32,000 nt of DNA from Halomicronema hongdechloris C2206 (GTDB taxonomy: Bacteria; Cyanobacteriota; Cyanobacteriia; Phormidesmidales; Phormidesmidaceae). Where the stretch lies: positions 870,001-902,000 of the forward strand of contig NZ_CP021983.2 of NCBI RefSeq assembly GCF_002075285.3, read 5' to 3'. Made by a program: the position numbers and the translations under genes. Under the pieces are notes generated by a model. The model made no database searches. It was not told the origin of the DNA and saw only the letters and a list, made by a program, of their open reading frames with translations. Each line of letters starts with the position of its first letter. Within the stretch, counting starts at the first letter, position 1. Positions 24,035 to 32,000 of this stretch are shown here, piece after piece.

Positions 24035-25168
24035 TTAACGGCGGGTGCCGGCATAGCCTCCAGGTCGACTCCCAGGGGGCTGGGCCGCAGCAGGGCCAGT
24101 GCCAATGAGACGCTGGAGTTCGTCTGGGCGAGAGGTCTTAGACATAGCGGCCTCAAAGGAGATGCTTCCCTCCTTGTAGAGCTTGGCTAGCACCATTTCT
24201 AGAGTATGCATGCCCAACTTACCACCCGTCTGAATCGCTCCATAAATCTGGGCTGTCTTACCTTCTCGAATCAGGTTGGCAATGGCTGGGGTAACCAGCA
24301 TGATTTCCTGGGCCATCACCCGGCCAAACTCACCGGGTTTCGGGTTCAGCTTGGGCATTAGTGTCTGACTCAAGACGGCCACCAAGGAGTTGGACAACTG
24401 CACCCGAATTTGCTGTTGTTGCTCTGGAGGAAATACATCCACCATGCGGTCAACGGTTTGGGCGGCTGAGCTGGTATGAAGAGTGCCAAAGACTAAGTGG
24501 CCCGTTTCAGCAGCGGTGATCGCCAGGGAGATAGTCTCTAAATCCCGCATTTCACCCACCAGGATGACATCGGGGTCTTCCCGCAGGGCTGCCCGCAGAG
24601 CGTTGGCGAAGCTCTTGGTGTCTTCACCGATCTGCCGTTGGTGTACCAAGCTCTTAATGGGCTCGTAGACAAATTCGATGGGATCTTCAATGGTGAGAAT
24701 GTGCTCTGGCCGAGACATGTTGATGTTGTTAATCATGGATGCCAGAGTGGTGGATTTCCCCGATCCGGTGGGGCCAGTCACCAAGATTAAGCCCCTGGGC
24801 TTTTCTGAGAGTTCTCGGACGATATTGGGCAGGCCTAAAACTTCCATGCTGGGAATTTTGGAGCTGAGGGCCCGTAAACAAGCTGCATAGGTGCCTCGAT
24901 CCTTGTAGACATTGACCCGAAAACGCGCTAAACCCCGTACCCCATAGGAACAGTCCAGCTCCCAATTTTGCTCTAGGTTCTTGCGCTGGGTATTGTTGAG
25001 CATGCTGAAGATAAGGCGCTGACACCCTTCTGGGGAAAGGGGTTCATGGTCGGTGGGGGTCAGCTTGCCGTTGATTCGAATGTAGGGGGGCAATCCTGCT
25101 GACAGGTGTAGGTCTGATCCGCCTCTCTCAACGACCTCTTCCATTAAGTCTTCAATCATTAAATCCAT
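24035..25168 (-). CDS. pilT: twitching-motility ATPase PilT
   Basis: 377 aa. Walker A GPTGSGKST, Asp box, Walker B ILVGEMRD, His box GHLVFGTLHT, and the PilT-specific AIANLIREGK motif. Confidence 0.95.
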   Translation of the reverse strand: MDLMIEDLMEEVVERGGSDLHLSAGLPPYIRINGKLTPTDHEPLSPEGCQRLIFSMLNNTQRKNLEQNWELDCSYGVRGLARFRVNVYKDRGTYAACLRALSSKIPSMEVLGLPNIVRELSEKPRGLILVTGPTGSGKSTTLASMINNINMSRPEHILTIEDPIEFVYEPIKSLVHQRQIGEDTKSFANALRAALREDPDVILVGEMRDLETISLAITAAETGHLVFGTLHTSSAAQTVDRMVDVFPPEQQQQIRVQLSNSLVAVLSQTLMPKLNPKPGEFGRVMAQEIMLVTPAIANLIREGKTAQIYGAIQTGGKLGMHTLEMVLAKLYKEGSISFEAAMSKTSRPDELQRLIGTGPAAAQPPGSRPGGYAGTRR

Positions 25169-25272
25169 AGGGCTACCTCGTGGTTGTGATGGGGTCCAAG
25201 TCGGTGGGCAATCTGTACCAAAGCTTAGAGGACAGGGTGCCCAAATTGGGCTGTGTCGCGATCAGCTGAGCC

Positions 25273-27285
25273 CTAATTTTGGAAACGGGAGGTGAGACAA
25301 TAGGGGCAATCTAGCCATTCGGGCTTGAGGCCAGCACCGCAATTGGAGCAGGTAAGAGAAGCCCGGCGCCGGGCCTTCAACTCAGATTCAAGCCCCGTAT
25401 CGCTGAAGGTCACTCGTTCGACTTCTTCTAGAGTGGTGTAGCCTTGCCGAACCAAGTTAAGGCTATAGGCCAACAGCGTTTGCATGCCCTCGTCAACAGC
25501 AAGTTCCTTGATTTGCTCGGTTGGGGCTCCCTCGGAGATGAGTTTTTGCAGGTTTTCGGTAATACGCATGACTTCGTAAACCCCTACCCGGCCAGAGTAA
25601 CCTCCGCCCTGGCACTGGCGGCAGAGGGTGCCATTTTGATTGGCAGCCGTGATTTGTTCGGGAGAAAGGGTATTGGCCTTGTAGAAGGTAATCTCGCTCT
25701 CACGGGAAGCAGTGAGGCCGAATCGCGCCAGATCCTCGACACTAGGGCTGTAGGCAATGCGACAATTGGTGCAAACACGGCGCATTAGTCGCTGAGCCAG
25801 TACCCCAATCAGAGCACTGGAGACCATAAACGATTCTACGCCCATCTCATCAAGACGTGCGATCGCACCGGCAGCATCATTGGTATGGAGCGTTGTCAGC
25901 ACCAAGTGCCCCGTCAGGGCAGCTTCAATGGCCGTTTTAGCCGTTTCGGGGTCACGGGTCTCACCCACCAAGATCACATCGGGGTCTTGTCGCAAAAAGG
26001 CCCGCAGGATAGAGGCAAAATCCATCCCCTTCTCCCGCAGCACCTGTACCTGCGTGATGCCCGCCAGCGTATATTCAATCGGATCTTCCGCCGTACTGAT
26101 ATTAATCGTAGGGCTATTGCGCTCGGCCAGGGCCGAATAGAGCGTCGTGGTTTTACCAGAGCCGGTGGGTCCCGTCACCAAAATCAAACCATAGGGACGA
26201 GACACCATCTCCTGCACAACCTTCAAGGTCTCTGCATCGGTAATCAGGTTATCCAACCCCAGTTGAGTGGAGGTATTGTCCAGGATTCGCAACACCACCT
26301 TTTCGCCAAAACGGCTCGGCAACGTGCTAACCCGAAAGTCTACCTTGCGATTCTGAAAGGCCCGTCGGATTCTGCCGTCTTGAGGTACCCGACGCTCCGC
26401 GATATCCAGCTCAGCAATGATCTTAAAGCGGGCCGTCACTGCTGGAATAATCTTCTTAGGCATTTTGGGCAGGGCTTCCCGCAAGACGCCATCCTTGCGG
26501 AACCGTACCCGCAGGTGATCTTCTTGAGGCTCCACATGGATGTCGGAGGCATTCTCTTGCAATGCCTTAACCAAGATTTTGTTGACTAGGGCAATGACCG
26601 GAGCCGCCCCAGCATCCTTGAGGGCTTCCCCGAGATCAGCCTCTTCCTCGGCAATGGTCCCTAACGCATCGACTTCATTGAGATCCAGTTCCTCTAAGCT
26701 GGTGGTAACATCAACCGCCTCATCCAGCTCCTTTTTGCTTTCCCGCGCCACCTTTTCATCCAGGTAGCCAGAAATCAGCCGTTGATAGTCCTCAACGGTG
26801 ATCACCATGCGTCGCAACTTTAAGTTTTGCTGACGTAAGATGCGGTTTAGATCATCCTGAGCTTCTAAATTCTCAGGATCGACCATCGCCACCAATACTG
26901 AAGGCACCTCATTATCATCATCGCGAGACAAGGGCACTAGACGATGGCGGCGACAGACGTCAACCGGAATCAGCGAATCAATCAGCTGGGTAATTTGCTG
27001 ATTGGAAATACTGTCAATTTCTGGATCAAGCGACTCTACCCCGTAGAGAATCTTCAACTCAAAGAGTTGCTGCTTCTTATACTGACGCAGGAGCTCTGGC
27101 GAAAGCTGCTGCCCCGTCATCGATTCCAGCACATCCGTGAGGCTACGACCCGATTTGCGGCTCTCAACCAGTGCCTGCTGCATCTGATCCGAGTCCACAT
27201 AACCAGCCTGGATCAGCTTATTGCCGAAGGGTGAGAAGCTCCTTTGCAGAACGAGCGCTCGCCGCGATGAAGAGGAGTTAGTCAT
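25273..27285 (-). CDS. pilB: type IV pilus extension ATPase PilB (GspE family)
   Basis: 670 aa. N-terminal MshEN/GSPII domains, Walker A GPTGSGKTT, ILVGETRD, GHLVLTTLHTND, a tetracysteine motif CxxC...CxxC, and an extra C-terminal CSNCG...CPYC finger. Confidence 0.95.
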   Translation of the reverse strand: MTNSSSSRRALVLQRSFSPFGNKLIQAGYVDSDQMQQALVESRKSGRSLTDVLESMTGQQLSPELLRQYKKQQLFELKILYGVESLDPEIDSISNQQITQLIDSLIPVDVCRRHRLVPLSRDDDNEVPSVLVAMVDPENLEAQDDLNRILRQQNLKLRRMVITVEDYQRLISGYLDEKVARESKKELDEAVDVTTSLEELDLNEVDALGTIAEEEADLGEALKDAGAAPVIALVNKILVKALQENASDIHVEPQEDHLRVRFRKDGVLREALPKMPKKIIPAVTARFKIIAELDIAERRVPQDGRIRRAFQNRKVDFRVSTLPSRFGEKVVLRILDNTSTQLGLDNLITDAETLKVVQEMVSRPYGLILVTGPTGSGKTTTLYSALAERNSPTINISTAEDPIEYTLAGITQVQVLREKGMDFASILRAFLRQDPDVILVGETRDPETAKTAIEAALTGHLVLTTLHTNDAAGAIARLDEMGVESFMVSSALIGVLAQRLMRRVCTNCRIAYSPSVEDLARFGLTASRESEITFYKANTLSPEQITAANQNGTLCRQCQGGGYSGRVGVYEVMRITENLQKLISEGAPTEQIKELAVDEGMQTLLAYSLNLVRQGYTTLEEVERVTFSDTGLESELKARRRASLTCSNCGAGLKPEWLDCPYCLTSRFQN

Positions 27286-27706
27286 AGCTGATGCAAAGAA
27301 TCCTTAACCGAGCCTGCCAAAATTCATGTCATAGCGACTTTAAGCACGGGGGCTCAGCCATCTACAGCTTACCCCTTGTCCCCCGATGATAGCTGCATAC
27401 CTCCGGACTCTACCAATGTTTTTCCTAAAGCGATACTCAGCCCATCCCGAAAATGGTGGTCTTCTTAGTCCTCTCAGCTCTGGCCTCGGATCAGGGCTAG
27501 CCTGTACGGGGCCGATTGTAGGACGGTGGGCCTCACAAGGTATTCCGAGGTAGGGTAAGACGCGCTGGGCAAAGCCGCGTAATAATATAAGTTAATCTTC
27601 AAGGGAAGTCTGCCCCGCCGTAAATGAATGGACCTTGTCGTAACAAGTTATGTCAGGGTCTCCATTCTTCCTACTAATTGTTTGTTGGCATTCAGATCCG
27701 AGCACC

Positions 27707-28483
27707 ATGATTGACAACGTGAATCGCACTGACCACCCTCAAGACAACGCACCTGAAATGGCCACCAACCCTGCCGACCATACCCGTGAGAACAATGATG
27801 TCGAAGAACTACGGGAGGAGGATGCAGCGGTCAACATTGACTTCGAGGGCAACCAGGCACCCTCAGTGGAGGCTCAATCAACGGCTGCTCCTGATGGCGC
27901 TGAGGCAATTGCTGAAGCAGTTGATCAGTCGGAATCCACAGAGGGTATTGATTACCCAGCCATCGTGGCCGATTTAGAGCGCCAGCTGGCTACTTTGAAA
28001 GCCCAGTTTGAGGATCGCAATGGCCAGTACGCTAGGATCGCGGCCGATTTCGACAACTACCGGAAACGCACTAGCAAAGAGAAAGAGGATCTCGAAGTTC
28101 AGATTAAGTGCAACACCATCAGTGAGTTGTTGCCAGTGGTCGATAACTTCGAGCGGGCGCGATCGCAAATCAAGCCCCAGACAGACCAAGAAATGACCAT
28201 CCACAAAAGTTATCAGAGCGTCTATAAACAGCTAGTTGAATGCCTCAAACGGCTCGGCGTATCAGCCATGCGGGCAGAAGGGCAAGAATTCGATCCCACC
28301 CTTCATGAAGCCGTCATGCGTGAGCCAACCGATCAATATCCAGAAGGCACCATCATGGAAGAGCTGGTGCGGGGATATCTACTGGGAGAGCGGGTTCTGC
28401 GCCATGCCATGGTCAAGGTTGCCACTGCTCCCGAACCCAACACCCCGTCGACTGAGGAGGTAGAGTCAGCCCCTGAAGATTAA
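27707..28483 (+). CDS. grpE: nucleotide exchange factor GrpE
   Basis: ORF 27650..28483 trimmed to the ATG at 27707. It has an acidic N-terminus, a coiled coil and the GrpE core ([31 protein letters not shown]...[16 protein letters not shown]). Confidence 0.88.
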   Translation: MIDNVNRTDHPQDNAPEMATNPADHTRENNDVEELREEDAAVNIDFEGNQAPSVEAQSTAAPDGAEAIAEAVDQSESTEGIDYPAIVADLERQLATLKAQFEDRNGQYARIAADFDNYRKRTSKEKEDLEVQIKCNTISELLPVVDNFERARSQIKPQTDQEMTIHKSYQSVYKQLVECLKRLGVSAMRAEGQEFDPTLHEAVMREPTDQYPEGTIMEELVRGYLLGERVLRHAMVKVATAPEPNTPSTEEVESAPED

Positions 28484-28667
28484 CCTGATCACAGGTAACC
28501 TAGGGGATATGCATCCTATCGGCTAAGGTAGGAGCCGAGACTGCAACTTCTCCGGCTGTTTTTCGAGTGTGTGCCCAAGAGTGGGCCATCTGAGACAACA
28601 TGCGTTAACGTTGAGTTGCAATTTCGCATCCAAATCTCTTGTTGCGATTTGTCTAGAGCCGTGAGCT

Positions 28668-30680
28668 ATGGGAAAAGTCATTGGTATTGATTTGGGCACC
28701 ACCAATAGCTGTGTTGCTGTTCTCGAGGGAGGGCAACCCGCAGTAATCGCCAGCACCGAAGGCGGACGCACCGTCCCCAGTATGGTCGGCTTCGGTAAAA
28801 ATGGTGAACGCTTGGTTGGTCAACTCGCCAAGCGTCAGGCCGTCACCAATGCAGAAAATACGGTTTACAGCATCAAGCGGTTCATTGGTCGGCGCTGGGA
28901 TGATACGTCAGAGGAGCGGACTCGCATGCCCTACCTATGTGTGAAAGGGCGTGACAATACCGTAGATGTTCAAATTCGTGGCACGACATATACACCTCAA
29001 GAAATTTCAGCCATGATCCTGCAAAAACTAAAGCAGGATGCTGAAGCCTATCTGGGCGAAGAGGTCACTCAGGCCGTCATTACCGTGCCAGCCTATTTCA
29101 CCGATGCTCAGCGGCAAGCCACTAAGGATGCTGGCACCATCGCTGGCCTAGAAGTCCTTCGTATTATCAATGAGCCGACGGCTGCCTCCCTATCCTATGG
29201 GTTAGATAAACAAGATCAAGACCAAACGGTATTGGTCTTCGACCTAGGCGGTGGGACCTTCGACGTATCAATCCTACAGTTAGGAGATGGCGTCTTCGAA
29301 GTTAAAGCCACCTCAGGCAATAACCACTTGGGTGGGGATGACTTTGATACCTGCATCCTCAGGTGGATTGTAGATAGCTTTCGCGAGCAGGAAGGCATCG
29401 ACCTATCAACGGATCGGATGGCCCTACAGCGGATTCGAGAAGCCGCTGAAAAAGCCAAGATTGAGCTGTCGAGCATGCCAACCACATCCATCAATCTACC
29501 CTTCATCACCGCCGATGATACTGGGCCTAAGCACCTGGAGATGAGCCTGAGCCGAGCCCAATTTGAGCAGTTAGCCAAAGCGCTGATTCGAGGCACCCTC
29601 GAACCCGTGGCTCAGGCCCTTAAGGACGCCGATCTCGCTCCTGAGGAAATTGATCGAATTTTGTTAGTAGGAGGTTCCACTCGCATCCCCGCGGTCCAGG
29701 AAGCCATTACTAGCTATTTCAAGGGCAAAACTCCTGATCGTTCCGTGAATCCGGATGAAGCAGTGGCCCTGGGTGCATCCATCCAAGCTGGTGTGTTGGG
29801 GGGAGAAATGCAGGATCTGCTCCTGCTAGATGTGACGCCTCTCTCCCTCGGCATTGAAACGTTAGGAGAAGTCTTCACCAAGATCATCGAACGGAACACC
29901 ACCATTCCCACTAGCAAGACTCAAATTTTCTCAACGGCCACCGATGGTCAAACCTCTGTAGAGGTCCACGTACTCCAGGGAGAACGGGCCATGGCCAAAG
30001 ATAATAAGAGTTTAGGGAAGTTTCAGTTGACCGGGATCCCACCAGCGCCTAGAGGAGTGCCTCAAATTGAGGTGTGCTTTGAGATTGATGCTGATGGCAT
30101 CTTGCAAGTCTCTGCTCGAGATAAAGGAACTGGCCGTGAACAGGGAATCCGGATCACCAATACCGGTGGTCTGAGTACCGACGAAGTCGAGCGCATGCGG
30201 CAGGAGGCAGAGGTCTATGCCGATGAAGATGCGCGGCGTAAGAGCCTCGCCGATCTGCGTAATCGCGCCGATAGCCTGTTCTACAGCTATGAGTCCACCA
30301 TGCGCGACAACGCCGATTTGATGGACGATATTCTGAAAGAAGACGTTACCGAAAAAGCGACAGAACTTAGGGCGGCGCTAAATGACCGAGCGATTACTCC
30401 AGAAGAGTTACAGAGTAAAATCGACGGTCTTCAGCAGGCTCTCTTTGCGGTAGGTGCTACTCTCTACCAGCAAGCTGAGCAAGGTGGTGATGAAAGTGAT
30501 GCGGAGTATATGGACCCTGCTTATGATGGTGCCGATGCCGATGCTGAGGAGGGCACCTATGGCGGCGATGGTCATGACGGCGACGCCATAGACAGCGGTG
30601 ATGGTGGAGATAGTGAGGACGAATTTGGCCTAGATGACCTGGATGCCACAGTCACCGCTGATTATGAGGCCATTGACTAG
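28668..30680 (+). CDS. dnaK: Hsp70 chaperone DnaK with an acidic C-terminal tail
   Basis: 670 aa. Motifs [19 protein letters not shown] and [13 protein letters not shown], and a substrate-binding domain. The tail is rich in D/E/G. Confidence 0.97.
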   Translation: MGKVIGIDLGTTNSCVAVLEGGQPAVIASTEGGRTVPSMVGFGKNGERLVGQLAKRQAVTNAENTVYSIKRFIGRRWDDTSEERTRMPYLCVKGRDNTVDVQIRGTTYTPQEISAMILQKLKQDAEAYLGEEVTQAVITVPAYFTDAQRQATKDAGTIAGLEVLRIINEPTAASLSYGLDKQDQDQTVLVFDLGGGTFDVSILQLGDGVFEVKATSGNNHLGGDDFDTCILRWIVDSFREQEGIDLSTDRMALQRIREAAEKAKIELSSMPTTSINLPFITADDTGPKHLEMSLSRAQFEQLAKALIRGTLEPVAQALKDADLAPEEIDRILLVGGSTRIPAVQEAITSYFKGKTPDRSVNPDEAVALGASIQAGVLGGEMQDLLLLDVTPLSLGIETLGEVFTKIIERNTTIPTSKTQIFSTATDGQTSVEVHVLQGERAMAKDNKSLGKFQLTGIPPAPRGVPQIEVCFEIDADGILQVSARDKGTGREQGIRITNTGGLSTDEVERMRQEAEVYADEDARRKSLADLRNRADSLFYSYESTMRDNADLMDDILKEDVTEKATELRAALNDRAITPEELQSKIDGLQQALFAVGATLYQQAEQGGDESDAEYMDPAYDGADADAEEGTYGGDGHDGDAIDSGDGGDSEDEFGLDDLDATVTADYEAID

Positions 30681-30839
30681 GGCCCGGCAAAATCATGTAG
30701 CCCCCGACGACTCCATATTTAGGTCGCTAGCCAGAATACAGGATCAGTTTTTACAATATGTTAATGCTTTAAAGATAAAGCTTCAAAAGCACCATGTTAG
30801 GTAATTGATTGTCGCTGCAGTTGCTCAAATTAGCCCTCT

Positions 30840-31973
30840 ATGGCCCGCGATTACTACGAAATCCTAGGTATTACTCGTAATGCTAATCAAGAAGATGTTA
30901 AGCGAGCCTACCGTCGCCTAGCTCGTAAATATCATCCTGATGTCAATAAGGAACCTGGAGCCGAAGAGACGTTTAAGGAGATAAATCGAGCCTACGAGGT
31001 GCTCTCGGAACCAGAAATACGGGCTCGCTACGATCGCTTTGGTGAGGCTGGTGTCGGCGGTGCTGCTACTGCCGGGGCGGCAGGCTTTCAAGATTTTGCC
31101 GATATGGGCGGGTTCGCCGATATCTTTGAGAGTTTTTTTGGGGGCTTCGGAGGTGGCATGGGTACGGCTGCCCGACGTCGGGGCCCCACCCGAGGTGATG
31201 ACCTACGCCTCGATCTGAAGCTAGATTTTACCGAGGCCATCTTTGGTGGTGAGAAAGAAATCAAGATTGGCCATCTAGAAACCTGCTCAACCTGTAATGG
31301 TTCCGGGGCCAAACCAGGAACACGACCTCGTACTTGCTCCACCTGTAGCGGTTCAGGCCAGGTGCGGCGGGCCACTCGGACTCCATTTGGCAGTTTTACC
31401 CAAGTGTCTACCTGTCCTACCTGTAGTGGTACAGGGGAGATGATCGAAGACCGTTGTGAAGTCTGCGGTGGTAGCGGTCAGAAACAAGAGACGAAAAAAC
31501 TCAAAATTAATATCCCCGCTGGTGTGGATAACGGCACTCGACTGCGGGTATCAGGAGAAGGGGATGCTGGCCAGCGAGGGGGGCCACCTGGAGACCTCTA
31601 TGTCTATTTATTCGTTAACGAGCATGCGACATTTCGCCGAGATGGTATCAATATTCTCTCGAACCTCAAGGTTAGCTATCTGCAAGCTATCTTGGGCTGT
31701 AAGTTAAACGTCACCACCGTGGATGGGCAGGTGGAATTGGAAATTCCTGCCGGAACCCAACCTGGCACAGTGCTGACCTTAGAGAATCATGGCGTCCCTC
31801 GGTTGGGCAATCCGGTCAGTCGAGGTGATCATCTGATTACGGTTAATGTTGAAATTCCGACCCGATTGAAGCCAGAAGAGCGAGAATTGATTGCTAAGTT
31901 GGCTGAGATTCGTGGGGAAACTGTCAATCGAGGTGGAATTGAAGGATTTCTAGGAGGACTATTTCGCGGATGA
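30840..31973 (+). CDS. dnaJ: type I Hsp40 co-chaperone DnaJ
   Basis: 377 aa. J domain with KYHPD, a G/F-rich region, four CxxCxGxG zinc-finger repeats and a C-terminal client-binding domain. Confidence 0.96.
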   Translation: MARDYYEILGITRNANQEDVKRAYRRLARKYHPDVNKEPGAEETFKEINRAYEVLSEPEIRARYDRFGEAGVGGAATAGAAGFQDFADMGGFADIFESFFGGFGGGMGTAARRRGPTRGDDLRLDLKLDFTEAIFGGEKEIKIGHLETCSTCNGSGAKPGTRPRTCSTCSGSGQVRRATRTPFGSFTQVSTCPTCSGTGEMIEDRCEVCGGSGQKQETKKLKINIPAGVDNGTRLRVSGEGDAGQRGGPPGDLYVYLFVNEHATFRRDGINILSNLKVSYLQAILGCKLNVTTVDGQVELEIPAGTQPGTVLTLENHGVPRLGNPVSRGDHLITVNVEIPTRLKPEERELIAKLAEIRGETVNRGGIEGFLGGLFRG

Positions 31974-32000
31974 GTCATGGCAACACGAGGGCGACTCCCT

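Noticed and set aside
25885-26589. 234-aa ORF antisense to pilB, and similar antisense or shadow ORFs (e.g. 1547-2002, 2428-2697, 3948-4373, 15294-15728, 17947-18249, 29216-29596)
   Set aside because: They lie fully inside well-supported genes on the opposite strand. They have low-complexity or Arg/Gly/Pro-rich composition typical of GC-rich antisense frames, and no recognisable motifs.

Overview
This is a cyanobacterial chromosomal segment. Coordinates ~11.3-32 kb are ordinary core genome: cbiA, trmH-like, a secreted beta-helix/SPOR protein, thiE-thiS, a DUF1517 protein, a DUF218 protein, an ABC exporter, pilB-pilT-pilC and grpE-dnaK-dnaJ, with 8 perfect HIP1 (GCGATCGC) palindromes. Coordinates 1-11.2 kb are an accessory region built around what reads as a complete integron. 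An intact IntI-type integrase (8781-9746, +) carries the integron-specific extra domain. A repeat-rich attI-proximal region lies at 8383-8780. A divergent array of minus-strand gene cassettes runs off the left edge of the window. Two 86-87 nt attC-like imperfect palindromes (95-181, and 5355-5434 plus 7375-7380) delimit cassettes. The second attC is split exactly at the G|TT of its R'' box by a class-C (IIC-attC type) group II intron (5435-7374, +), oriented opposite to the cassettes. Cassette cargo is conflict-system-like: (1) an antitoxin-like small protein plus a retropepsin-like aspartic protease; (2) an apparent four-gene unit of a nucleoside-phosphorylase-like effector remnant, a DUF433 protein, a DUF5615 PIN-like protein and a 4-TM protein. 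The phosphorylase-like gene is broken by an intact IS66-family element with a perfect 8-bp target duplication, and it abuts a second, frameshifted IS66-family element. A decayed IS630-family element lies between intI and the core genes. All family assignments come from reading motifs by eye; no searches were run.
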